A DNA stretch of 64,000 nt from Mayamaea pseudoterrestris (taxonomy: Eukaryota), in assembly GCA_027923505.1 (NCBI GenBank), contig BROI01000010.1, forward strand, positions 310,001 to 374,000, in the 5' to 3' direction. The translations under genes and the position numbers were made by a program. The notes under the pieces are model-generated. The model ran no database searches. It had not been told where the DNA came from and worked only from the letters and a program-made list of their open reading frames with translations. The number at the start of each line of letters is the position of its first letter. Positions within the stretch are counted from its first letter, which is position 1. Shown piece by piece: positions 1 through 10,086 of the stretch.

Positions 1-316
1 TAGAAGGCGCCACTGGTGCACCAATGGAGCATCCAATGAGCATCTGCATGGCCAAACCCTTGTCCCGTATGTTCATTTGGCGTGGTTAAACCCCTCCATG
101 GCATCCAAGTAGCTCAGTGGTGGTGAGAAGGAAAATCCTTCTGAGCGCCAGTTGAAGGGGCATCTGCCTAGAAGGCGCCACTGGTGCACCAATGGAGCAT
201 CCAATGAGCATCTGCATGGCCAAACCCTTGTCCCGTATGTTCATTTGGCGTGGTGAAACCCCTCCATGGCATCCAAGTAGCTCAGTGATGGTGAGAAGGA
301 ATATCCTTCTGAGCGG
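1..316. repeat. 168-bp tandem repeat, ~1.9 copies visible (truncated by window start)
   Basis: TAGAAGGCGCCACTGGTGCACCAATGG... starts at 1 and again at 169; the copies are nearly identical. Confidence 0.93.
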
Positions 317-328
317 CACTTCTGTGTA

Positions 329-1503
329 GCTGGTGACTGTGTGGCTCTTTGCCCTCCCCGATTACTGATGCTACATTTGAGCTGGGAATGATTGTTATGC
401 ACCAATATCACCGCATATGTGTCCCCAGGGATAGCCAGAACAGAAATCATGGAACAAGACTATTCGGGGTAGTCATTAAAGGCCGCACACTGTAGAACCT
501 TGCAGCTGGTTACTGTTTGGATCTTTGCCCTCCCAATCAACTGATGCTACATGTGAGCTGGGATTGATTGTTATGCACCAATCTCACCTCATAAATGTCC
601 ATAAACATATCCAGAACAGACTTCATGGAACAAGACTTTTGGGAAAAGCTTTTGAAGGCCACACATGTAGCACCATGGAGCCGGTTACTGTGCGGATTTT
701 TGCCTTCCCAAACAACTGATGCTACACGTGAGCTGGGAATGATTGTTATGCACCAATCTCACCGCATACATGTCCCTAAGAATAGCCAAAACAGAATTCA
801 TGGAACAGGACTATAGGGGGTAGTCTCTGAAGGCCACACATGTAGCACCATGCAGCTGGTTACTGTGTGTATCTTTGCCCTCCCAAACAACTGATGCTAC
901 ATGTAAGCTGGGAATGATTGGTATGCACCAATCTCACCGCATACATGTCCTCGAAGATAGCCAGAACGGACTTCATGGAACAAGACTTTTGGGAAAAGCC
1001 TTTGAAGGCCACACATGAAGCACCATGGAGCGGGTTACTGTGCGGATCTTTGCCCTCCCAAACAACTGGTGCTACATGTGAGCTGGAAATGATTTTTATG
1101 CACCAAGCTCACCGCATATGTGTCCCCAAAGATAGCCAGAGTAGAATTCATGGAACAAGACTATTGCAGGTAGTCATTGAAGGCCTTACACCGTAGCACC
1201 ATGGAGCAGGTTACTGTGCGGATCTTTGCCCTCCCAAACAACTGATGCTACACGTGAGCTGGGAATGATTGTTATGCACCAATCTCACCGCATATGTGTC
1301 CCCAAGGATAGCCAGAACAGAATTCATGGAACAGGACTATTGGAGGTAGCCTTTGAAGGCCACACATGTAGCACCATGGAGCTGGTTACTGTGTGGATCT
1401 TTGCCCTTGCCCTCCCAAACAACTGATGCTACATGTGAGCTGGAAATGATTGTTATGCACCAATATCACTGGATACGTGTCCCCAAGGATAGCCAGAACA
1501 GAG
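329..1503. repeat. ~175-bp tandem satellite, ~6.7 diverged copies
   Basis: Anchor CTG(A/G)TGCTAC at 365, 541, 716, 891, 1066, 1242 and 1423 (periods 175-176, last 181 owing to a 6-bp CTTGCC duplication). The repeated short ORFs in the track reflect this. Confidence 0.96.
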
Positions 1504-1605
1504 TTGGTTGCAGTAGGATATATCCCGACATGTCTCACGACATTACTTGGAATACTGCAGCTGCGACCTAGATGATGTCATGGTTGTGGTGCATGCAATG
1601 ACCCC

Positions 1606-1985
1606 TAATAATAAACGTGTTAGCTATCCCAAACACATTGCTTTAATTTAGGAGTATGCTCTCAGAGAGCCATCAATTACGACTAAATTACTGCAATCTC
1701 TAGCCTCTCCTTGTGTGAGACCGTTGATCCTACCACCTCCCCGCTCCGCGAATGTGTTTATGCATTCTGCATTCTGTCATCTACCTACGGCTGGCTAATA
1801 ATAAACGTATTAGCTATCCCAAACACATTGCTTTAATTTAGGAGTATGCTCTCAGAGAGCCATCAATTACCACTAAATTACTGCAATCTCTAGCCTCTCC
1901 TTGTGTGAAACCGTTGATCCTACCACCTCCCCGCTCCGCGAATGTGTTTATGCATTCTGCATTCTGTCATCTACCTACGGCTGGC
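1606..1985. repeat. 190-bp direct tandem duplication (2 copies) covering the stop codon and 3' flank of the macrodomain gene
   Basis: TAATAATAAACGT...CTACCTACGGCTGGC at 1606-1795 and 1796-1985, with only a few substitutions. Confidence 0.95.
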
Positions 1986-3805
1986 CAGTAATCTTCGATG
2001 GACTGACGTCAACCTTCACACGGGCCCAAAATTCCTCCTCCGATATAGAGCAAGCTGCTTCATCCTTGATTATGCTGGACTTGCTCTTAAAAGCACTGTC
2101 AATGACGCCGTAATGAAAAATGTCTAATTCATATGCATTATGGGAGTCATCAGCCGCGTCGTTGGTCGTCACGTCGCCATCATGGTTATCGCCGTCGCCA
2201 CCGTCAAATTGAACCGTTTCGCTAGCAATTGCAGAAGCTGAGTCACTCGCCATGTTCGTGTTGCGGCTAGAAAAGAAGTCGGTCCGATAGGAGCTCATGC
2301 CTGTGACACTTGACCAGGGTGTGTTGAGTGCTGCTTTCCAACCCTTCGCCTCATCGTCGGGTGCATTGTCACTATTGCTTTGATAAGAGTTCGTACCGGT
2401 ATGAACGACTGCGCTGCTCTTGCTTCCATGGACATCGGCTTTGACCGCAGGAACTCCAACGTGACTACTAGCCTGCGTCAAATCCGTCATGTTTGAAAAG
2501 CTGTAGCGACAGCCACCACTAGCACTTGGCCAGCCTCCACCATCGACTCGCACCCAATCGTCAATATTCTCGTCGCTGGTCCAAGCTACTTTGGATGTTC
2601 TGCCATTATCCTGGTCCCTGACGTTTCCATCATGACCTTTGCCATGTGCATCCTCGTCGTCGTGGGTGGCGGACGCCGCAAAAGCACTTTTGCAATCCAC
2701 GGGTGCTTCCGTATCAATCGACATTGGCGATCCACAGTCGCTCTTTTGTTTCTTGGTGACTGGGGAATTGTCGGCGGAAGGTGAACCCAAAACATGACGA
2801 CACGCCTCAAGCAAGGTTTCGCACTCCTCGCGAGTAAATCCGCATAATGTAATCTCCGCGATTGATGCTTGTCCTGGCAATGGAGAAGGCGGAGGCGATG
2901 GCGGAAGTGGTGCAGTGAGTGGATTATCTGGATCGAATGCAGCATCTGCCTTAAGCTTTTCGTTATTGCCATCATCCACACTCGACCCTTGCGTATCTAC
3001 CAAGGGAGCCCAGCTTTGAATCGCGTCGATGGAAACTTGCAAAATCTCAAGCAACGAAACATGCGCCCGAAAGATTCCAGCGGAAAGAAGGGAAAATCCA
3101 ACCTTTTGAATGCCGTGTTCCAAGGCTCGATCGAGTGATTCTTGGTAGGCGCCATTTAACAGCTCATGTCCATGGCTCGTCCCTTGACTCCCTCGAAAGT
3201 TTGAATAGTCCGGTCCGACGGCGTGAATGACGTAAGGAACATGCAAGCGACCATAGTCGTTTGGACCTGTCAAGACAGCCTCTCCAGTTGGACATCGAAT
3301 CTCGGAGCGAAAGGCGAACATGTTGCGCATAGCGAAATAGTCATTGGAACCTTGTTCGGAAACAATGGGTAGATTGAGTCGGTCATGTCGCAATCGAAAG
3401 CCCCCTAGTATTCAAATAATGAGAGCAAGTCAAATATGTTATAAGGATCAATTGCAATCAACAGTTGAATTATTGTCATTGCCATGGTCAGCATCAATGC
3501 TCACCTGCACTACTAATCGCTCCGTCAATGCCTCCTCCGCCGAGACATCCTTCATTAGCCGCATTTACAATCGCCGATTTGAGTACGACAGGCAAAGAAT
3601 CTTGCTTTTTATCCTTTAGATCATCTTTGCCGTCTCCAATTGTACTTGTGTCTGCTGTTGCAGCTGCAATAAAATGATCGAATCCGTAGTCGACGACTGA
3701 TCCGTGTACGATGCGAACTGTTCCAATATGCGGAGAAACATTGGAATAAGAAGCGATCAGTCGCATACGAGGAGGTGAACGGGAACGAGTAAAAGTCTTC
3801 TTCAT
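1975..3805 (-). CDS. Macrodomain protein (MacroD/YmdB-like ADP-ribose-binding/hydrolase) with long disordered C-terminus; 2 exons (3805-3505, 3404-1975)
   Basis: Motifs IVNAANEGCLGGGGIDGAISSAG|GF, VIHAVGPDY and LLSAGIF; a GT-AG intron at 3504-3405 joins the two ORFs in frame. Confidence 0.9.
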
Positions 3806-4067
3806 ACTGATGCTGCGTTGGCAGTGAATAATAACATGTATTATGCGGAATGAACGACGAGAATTTCATGATCTCGTCAACGCGTCGCTTCGATGCGCGG
3901 ATCGCTCTCGATGACGATTCCGCGCGGGAATGAAAAGATCGAACGATATAACCGCTACGACATCCAAAGGACGAAAAACTCCGATAATGCGAAGCTCCTT
4001 CGTGCCTCAATAACATACGATAGCAAAACAAAGCAATCAACTCTAAATTACATTTATGTTTTACATA

Positions 4068-4886
4068 CTATTGCTTCATGGTTGGTCGTCGCATGGCCAT
4101 GCGACGCATTTCCTCCAAAGAAGGAATTTGACTCGAGTCAAGCAAGTCATCGGTCAAGCGTCCCTGTGTTCGATAGTCCGAAACTGACGCTGCCATGTTT
4201 GCCACGGCCACTCGTAGCGAGTCAATGTTGCGCGACTGGAGCGCTTTTGCGTATAGTTGATATGCTATTTGAAAGGCTAGAGCGTCAGCCTTCATCTTTT
4301 TGGCAAAGTCCGTCGTCAAGCTCAAGCCTTGGCCATCAAGCGAGGATTGATATAGCTGCAGCGGCAAGACAGCATTGTCTGCCGTCTTGCTAAAATCCTC
4401 AAGTAATTCCCAGTTTGATTCAGCAATGGCGTCTGGTATCGACACAAGTTCCTGCGAAAGCTTTTGAATGCGCGGCAAGTATCGCTTCTTTGCCGTAGGA
4501 TAGTAGTAGGAGCTTCGAAGAGTTGGATCAATCTGGCCCTTGCCTACGGCATTGTTGGGTACTTGAGCTGTCGCCGGGGCAACCTTCTTTTCGATATTCT
4601 TTGGGTCGGTGCCGTAGTCGTCGAGTAAACCGGCATTAGCAGAAGACGCTGCAACGAAAATAGTAGGGACTGCAGGAGTAATGGAATACATCATGTTTCG
4701 CCTGGTAACAGCAAATAGACTTGTAGAGCTTTGAAAAGGTGGTGATAAAGCTTCTTCTGGTAGAGGATGTCGATAACGTTGTTCAAGTGACGATGGAAAA
4801 GCATTCTTGAGAGCTGACAATGGCGCATACGCATGACCGGAAGTTACACTAAGCGCCATAGCAAAAACATGCTGTATTCTAATCAT
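4068..4886 (-). CDS. Probable plastid thylakoid-lumen protein of unknown function (helical, possibly PsbQ-like fold)
   Basis: Signal peptide plus Ser-rich transit region, twin-Arg-like TRRN, then a hydrophobic stretch ending ANA-G; helical mature part. Confidence 0.55.
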   Translation of the reverse strand: MIRIQHVFAMALSVTSGHAYAPLSALKNAFPSSLEQRYRHPLPEEALSPPFQSSTSLFAVTRRNMMYSITPAVPTIFVAASSANAGLLDDYGTDPKNIEKKVAPATAQVPNNAVGKGQIDPTLRSSYYYPTAKKRYLPRIQKLSQELVSIPDAIAESNWELLEDFSKTADNAVLPLQLYQSSLDGQGLSLTTDFAKKMKADALAFQIAYQLYAKALQSRNIDSLRVAVANMAASVSDYRTQGRLTDDLLDSSQIPSLEEMRRMAMRRPTMKQ

Positions 4887-5224
4887 CCTATACATACACG
4901 CTGCTATCTCCGCCTTAGTAGACAAAGCAAGTCGACAGTGAGCTGAGTGGTCGTCGTTCTTGCCGATTGCCGACCATGGTCAAAGGCGAAGAAACGGCTG
5001 ATGACGCACCACATTTTTTACGTCATTCACGATTGAGAGTCTCATTCACGCAAGCGACGCACTGGCACTGAAACAGCGCTCCACCATGGCGCGCTGCCGC
5101 AACTGCAAAACGCAGCATCAGCGCTCCCATTCTTCGTTCCCTCGCCGACAGGAACTAAGATACCTCATACCTCAACTCCCTTCTCTATCCATTGCGACAT
5201 TTAGTCAGTCTTTAGTCAGTCATT

Positions 5225-6084
5225 ATGTCAAGTCCAACCCAGGAGGAATGGAAAAAGATTGCCGCTCTCGTCGATAGCTTTTCCAAGCGACCTGATACCG
5301 GTACAAAACCTACTGAAATAGCAGTCTTGATATTTTATTCTGCCATTTTCTCACTCCTTTTCGTGTCTTGTACTTAGAACCGTTTCGCGTCCCAGTGCCG
5401 CACGCCGAATTAGGTGAGTGCTGCGATCATCTGGAGCATTTAATAGTCTACGAGACATAGGTTTGTGAAGACGATGCATTTCCTCTCTTGTCATCCATCT
5501 CATTCATTCATATCTCTCATGATTGCAATGGAACAGGACTCACCGATTATTTAAAAGTCATCAAGACTCCGATGGATTTGGGAACTGTCAAGACCAAGCT
5601 TCGCGGCAAGCAGTACAAGACAATCTTTGAGGTCGGCCATGACGTTCGCCTGATTTGGAAGAATTGCATGACGTACAACCAAGACGGATCCGACTTTCAC
5701 AAGCTTGCCGATGTACTGAGTAAAAAGTGGGACGAAAAGTACAATAAACTGTTGGGTGAAATGGCCCTTTCTACCAGCTCCGATCCAACCATTGCGGCGG
5801 CAGGCAAGGATGTATCCGGTAATTCAACGACACTAATCAAGGATCGCCAAGCATTTGCACGCTCTCTCTATAACATTACTAAAGAGGAGCTTGGCAAGGT
5901 CTTGGTCGAATTGGAGCAAAAATGTCCATCCAGCATTACGCGCAACGCGCAGGAGGATGAGGTCGAGTTGAATGTTGACAAGATTTCCGCACACTTGCTC
6001 ATGGAGCTGCAAACCTTTGTGTCAAGCTGCGGACAAAAGGCCAAGAAGAAGAAGGTTGCGACGGGAGCGACGGCAAAGAAGTAA
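5225..6084 (+). CDS. Bromodomain + extra-terminal (ET/NET) domain protein (GTE/BDF-like); exons 5225-5300, 5378-5413, 5537-6084
   Basis: EPFRVPV...LTDYLKVIKTPMDLGTVKTKL...DVRLIWKNCMTYNQDGS bromodomain; ET-like LGKVL...EVELNVDKI; two in-frame GT-AG introns. Confidence 0.92.
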
Positions 6085-6445
6085 AGTAGTGAGGCGAGTG
6101 GTTGCGGCATATATGTGTTGGACTGCGCTACTCGATGTAATTTGAGAGCGATTGTATCTTCGAATGAGACTAGATGATACAACTTATCACAACAAAAATA
6201 ATGAGTTCAACTTTAGTATTAAGCAGTGTTTAATAGGGTTTGTGCGCTATTAAATGCAATGGTGTGTCTGCGGCACCGTTTTGTTTTCGATGTATCGACT
6301 CGAGTATTGTCTTTTGCAAATAAAACGACAGGATCCTTTCTCGCCCTCGGTGCTGTACACGCTCAAAGGCAAGGTGCAGTGCCTACTGCGTGTTACTCGG
6401 CGAACGCTTGCTCGCACTCGCCCATCTCATTGCAGGACCATGCGT

Positions 6446-7378
6446 TCATTCGTCAAAGTGAACTCGTCGCTCGTTCGGTCGATTTGCAAACGCATCCATC
6501 ATTGTGTAGGGAAGTTCCGTCTGCGTTATTGTACTTGCATCATTCGAATCCGCTCGCTGAACAAGTACTTGCAAGTCTTGCTCAAGCACATGCTTGGGAA
6601 TCATTCCAATCAATGCCGTTTCAACACTTCCATTAGCATCCACTAGCGCAATATGCGGAATGGCGTCCACACCAAACGTTTCAATCGCTTTATAGGTATA
6701 AGAGTCACTCAAGTCCCCATTGACCAATACGAAATTGACGCGGTCGCCAAACTCTTGCTGAATCATGAACATGGTCGGTGCTTCCTCCTTGCAATTCTTG
6801 CACCAGGGTGCCCAAAACTGAACCAGCGTTGGCTTTTGGTTCGTTCCAATGATGCTCAGTGGCGGTGAACGCGCCTGCATGCTTGCCAATAGTTGCAAGG
6901 ATGATAGTGGATGAGTGTAGTGCCACGCGTAGTTGGAAACGGCGAATACGACGCTGGCGACTGCAACTAGTGCGTTGCGGCGAAGCATGGATTGAATCGA
7001 AGAGTTGCTGTCACTTGATGTTGCTTCTGTTGCTGATGGTTCTCTGATACCAAAGGTAGTACTGGCTGCAGCAGCAGACGTAGAAACAGTCGAGGGGCGA
7101 CGCAGTTGAACCACTTGTCCAAATTGTGGCAAAGGGGTTAAAGCTTCGTCCATTTGCGTTGTATGATTGCTGCTGCTGGTTATTGGCGTTGACAGAACAA
7201 ACTTTTCATTCGTTGTTGCAGTCTCGTCTGACGCAGCTGTCATAGATCTACAAGTCGGACTTCTTTCATGGCGTTCGAATGTTCCTGCGGAATACCTGTG
7301 CTTGTCGGGAGCTGTGATAAAGGCTGCATTCCCTTGCAAACAGCAAAGGCAGAGTAATAGCAGCTGATGCATCTTCAT
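6446..7378 (-). CDS. Plastid membrane thioredoxin-like protein (HCF164/TxlA-like)
   Basis: Bipartite presequence (NAA-F), TM segment, FWAPWCKNCK active site, VNFVLVNGD and FGVDAIPH. Confidence 0.82.
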   Translation of the reverse strand: MKMHQLLLLCLCCLQGNAAFITAPDKHRYSAGTFERHERSPTCRSMTAASDETATTNEKFVLSTPITSSSNHTTQMDEALTPLPQFGQVVQLRRPSTVSTSAAAASTTFGIREPSATEATSSDSNSSIQSMLRRNALVAVASVVFAVSNYAWHYTHPLSSLQLLASMQARSPPLSIIGTNQKPTLVQFWAPWCKNCKEEAPTMFMIQQEFGDRVNFVLVNGDLSDSYTYKAIETFGVDAIPHIALVDANGSVETALIGMIPKHVLEQDLQVLVQRADSNDASTITQTELPYTMMDAFANRPNERRVHFDE

Positions 7379-7751
7379 ATGGATTGTTTTGTTATACTGC
7401 GAAGCTGTTATAGTCTGCGAAAGAGACAAGCCTGTTCTTCTTGTTGTTCTCGTGTTGAAGCGTCGACCATCATCATGGTGGCGCGCTGACGCGCCGAAAC
7501 GAACGGGACTCGCGTGAATGAGTCAGGAGAGTGACGCAATGACACTGAGAACCGGTCCGACAATATCTTGCGTACGCACTCCGCGCGCAATGCGACCCGC
7601 AAATTCTTCGTGAAGCAAGTTCCGACGACGCTGCCATCAACAAAAGCATCTTGCTTCTCCTCGGATCATCATTGTTAGGAGAGGCCTTTCATACGACGAC
7701 ATAGAAAATCATTGGGCGCAGATTCGAGCAAATTTACAAGCATTTAGCATC

Positions 7752-9656
7752 ATGAGCAGCAACACGACGACTAGTGTGTCCGTCGACGACAAGGCGGCGA
7801 CTATCATTTCCATTGATTCGTTCGCTGCCAACAAGCGAGCGTCATCCGAATCTTTGGTTCCTTCGAGTCAGGAGAACTATGAAGGACTCTCACCGCGACA
7901 GCAATCCAAGAAGAAGGTCAAGTCAAATCAAAATGGTAAGGGGCAAGTTGTACTTCTGCTATTGTATGATGAATGACGAACGATGCTTGCTCCAAGAATT
8001 TGCGACAGCCGAAATCTTGGCGCGCACGTCTGGATTAATCGCAGCATTGACTATGTGTTGAATTTGTTTCTATCATGATGTCTTGATGTCTCGGCTTTTC
8101 TTTCTTTGTCTGCAAATATCCTTCGTTCCCTCATTGCTTCCATTATTGCCTTCTGCACTTCCACAGACAATACAAACAGCGGCAACGACATTCCAGATCC
8201 CCAAATATCCGACGCCAACCACATTACACTGACTTCACACCCTGATGCCTTTGGAGTGGATCCAATTCCCATTTCGTGGGGACATCCCGATCCAAAGATT
8301 CGCGGTCCCATTGTTTGCACGGTGCGTCACTCGGCCCAGCGAAACGCCATTGGCGCTCACCAAGGAAGCTACTGCATTTACACTGGCTTGGCACTGGCTG
8401 CGGGTGCGCTTGATCCAGACTATGTTCCAAACCTTTCGTTAACGTCGCCCGTGTTTACCGTTGGCCCGCATGCGTCGTGGAGCGATCCAAAAAAGATGGC
8501 ATCCATGGATCCCTTTGGACATTTGACAACGTCGGCGTATAACGACTGGCTGGACAAGGGATGGGACATTCGTCCAACCATTGCCGTGACCAAGGCGCAC
8601 ATTGATTTGCCCGAATGTCGCGAGGCACTTGCAGCCGGTCGGTTGGTGCCGGATCACAAGATTTTGTTGCCCACGGGGCAGTCGGTTTGCGGCAAGGCGG
8701 CGATTGAACCAGTGTGGTATCTGCCGGAGATTGCGCGACGATTCCAAACGACGGAAAGCAACTTACGGCAATCAATCTTTCGCATGACGAATGGCATGTA
8801 TCCGGAATTAGGTATGTTGACAGAGTCAAATTTGATATTTTGGTTCTGTTTCAATGTTTGTCGTTCTCACTCACTTCCTCGCAATACTCGACTCGATATT
8901 TGGGATAGTCACTCGTCCCGATATCAAAGTATTTCTACCTCCCATTGGTGGCCTGACAATTTACATTTGGGGAGATCCCGACACAATTCCAGACGAGGAC
9001 ATTGAGCTGACTTGTCGGGTCCATGATGAATGCAATGGAAGCGACGTGTTTGGCAGCGATATTTGTACCTGTCGACCGTATCTCACACATGCGATTGAAG
9101 AGTGCATCAAAACTGCTCAACGAGGTGGTTGTGGAATTGTCATTTACTTCCGCAAGGAAGGACGGAGTCTCGGTGAAGTGACAAAGTACTTGGTGTACAA
9201 TACGCGCAAGCGACAAGAAGGTGGAGACTCGGCGGCACAGTACTTTGCATGTACTGAGAAGGTGGCCGGTGTGCAAGATACTCGGTTTCAGTAAGTGAGA
9301 GAATGAAAGAGAATTGGTTGGATTTTTGTTATCTTTGTATTCTTACTCACTACATCTTGCCTCGCAGAGCATTGATGCCCGATCCCTTGCACTTTCTTGG
9401 GGTGACAAAGATTCACAACTTTATCAGCATGTCCGACATGAAGTATAATGCCATTATCAACTCTGGTATCAAAATTGTAAACCGCATTGAAATTCCTCCC
9501 GACATGGTTCCCGACGATGCGCAAGTGGAGATTACGGCCAAGGTGTTTCATGGTTACAATGCTGGCAAGGCCTACCAAGGAATCGACGAGGAGTCAATGA
9601 AAAAGACTAAAGGTCGAGATTATCATTATGACGGTACCAGTACAGATGATAAGTAG
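7752..9656 (+). CDS. GTP cyclohydrolase II-like protein of the Urc1/Urg1 type (with GTP_CH_N N-terminal domain); exons 7752-7935, 8167-8811, 8909-9290, 9368-9656
   Basis: RNAIGAHQGSYCIY, DIRPTIAVTKAH, KVFLPPIGG, RVHDECNGSDVFGSDICTCRPYL, RKEGRSLGEVTKYLVYN and SMSDMKY; all three introns are GT-AG and keep frame. Confidence 0.9.
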
Positions 9657-10086
9657 TGGCGATGCTAATTCTTACTTTTTTGAAGGCTCTGATATGCGTT
9701 AAAGGTGGAGCAATCAATTCGTCCAATTAGAATCCAGACGACAGTATTCATTTCGTCGCGCCAAACAATCCTTTAAAGCCTTTGCTTATCAAAAGTCAGC
9801 CGTTCACGTCGGTCACCATGTATGTAACTGGTAGAAAAGACAGGAGCAGCTCCTTCGCGCTTTAAGAAACGGGTTCCGCTCCTTCTTGATCTCTCCGGAA
9901 AAAAGGAATGTCATTAAAGCAGGAACCCACATTGATCATTCGAATCGTCGTAACATCCATACCAGTTAACTCTCTGTGCAGCAAAACTACTGCGTCACTT
10001 GCCTTGTGTATTCATCAGCTACAGCGCTTTTAGGCCGTATAATCGGCTGCGGCTTCAATTTGAGTTTTTGTGCTGTCCATGTCATG

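Noticed and set aside
86..1571. Series of similar 60-90 aa ORFs (MPSQTTDAT..., ...RTDFMEQDFWEK...)
   Set aside because: By-products of the satellites; the 175-bp period is not a multiple of 3, frames shift between copies and stops vary.
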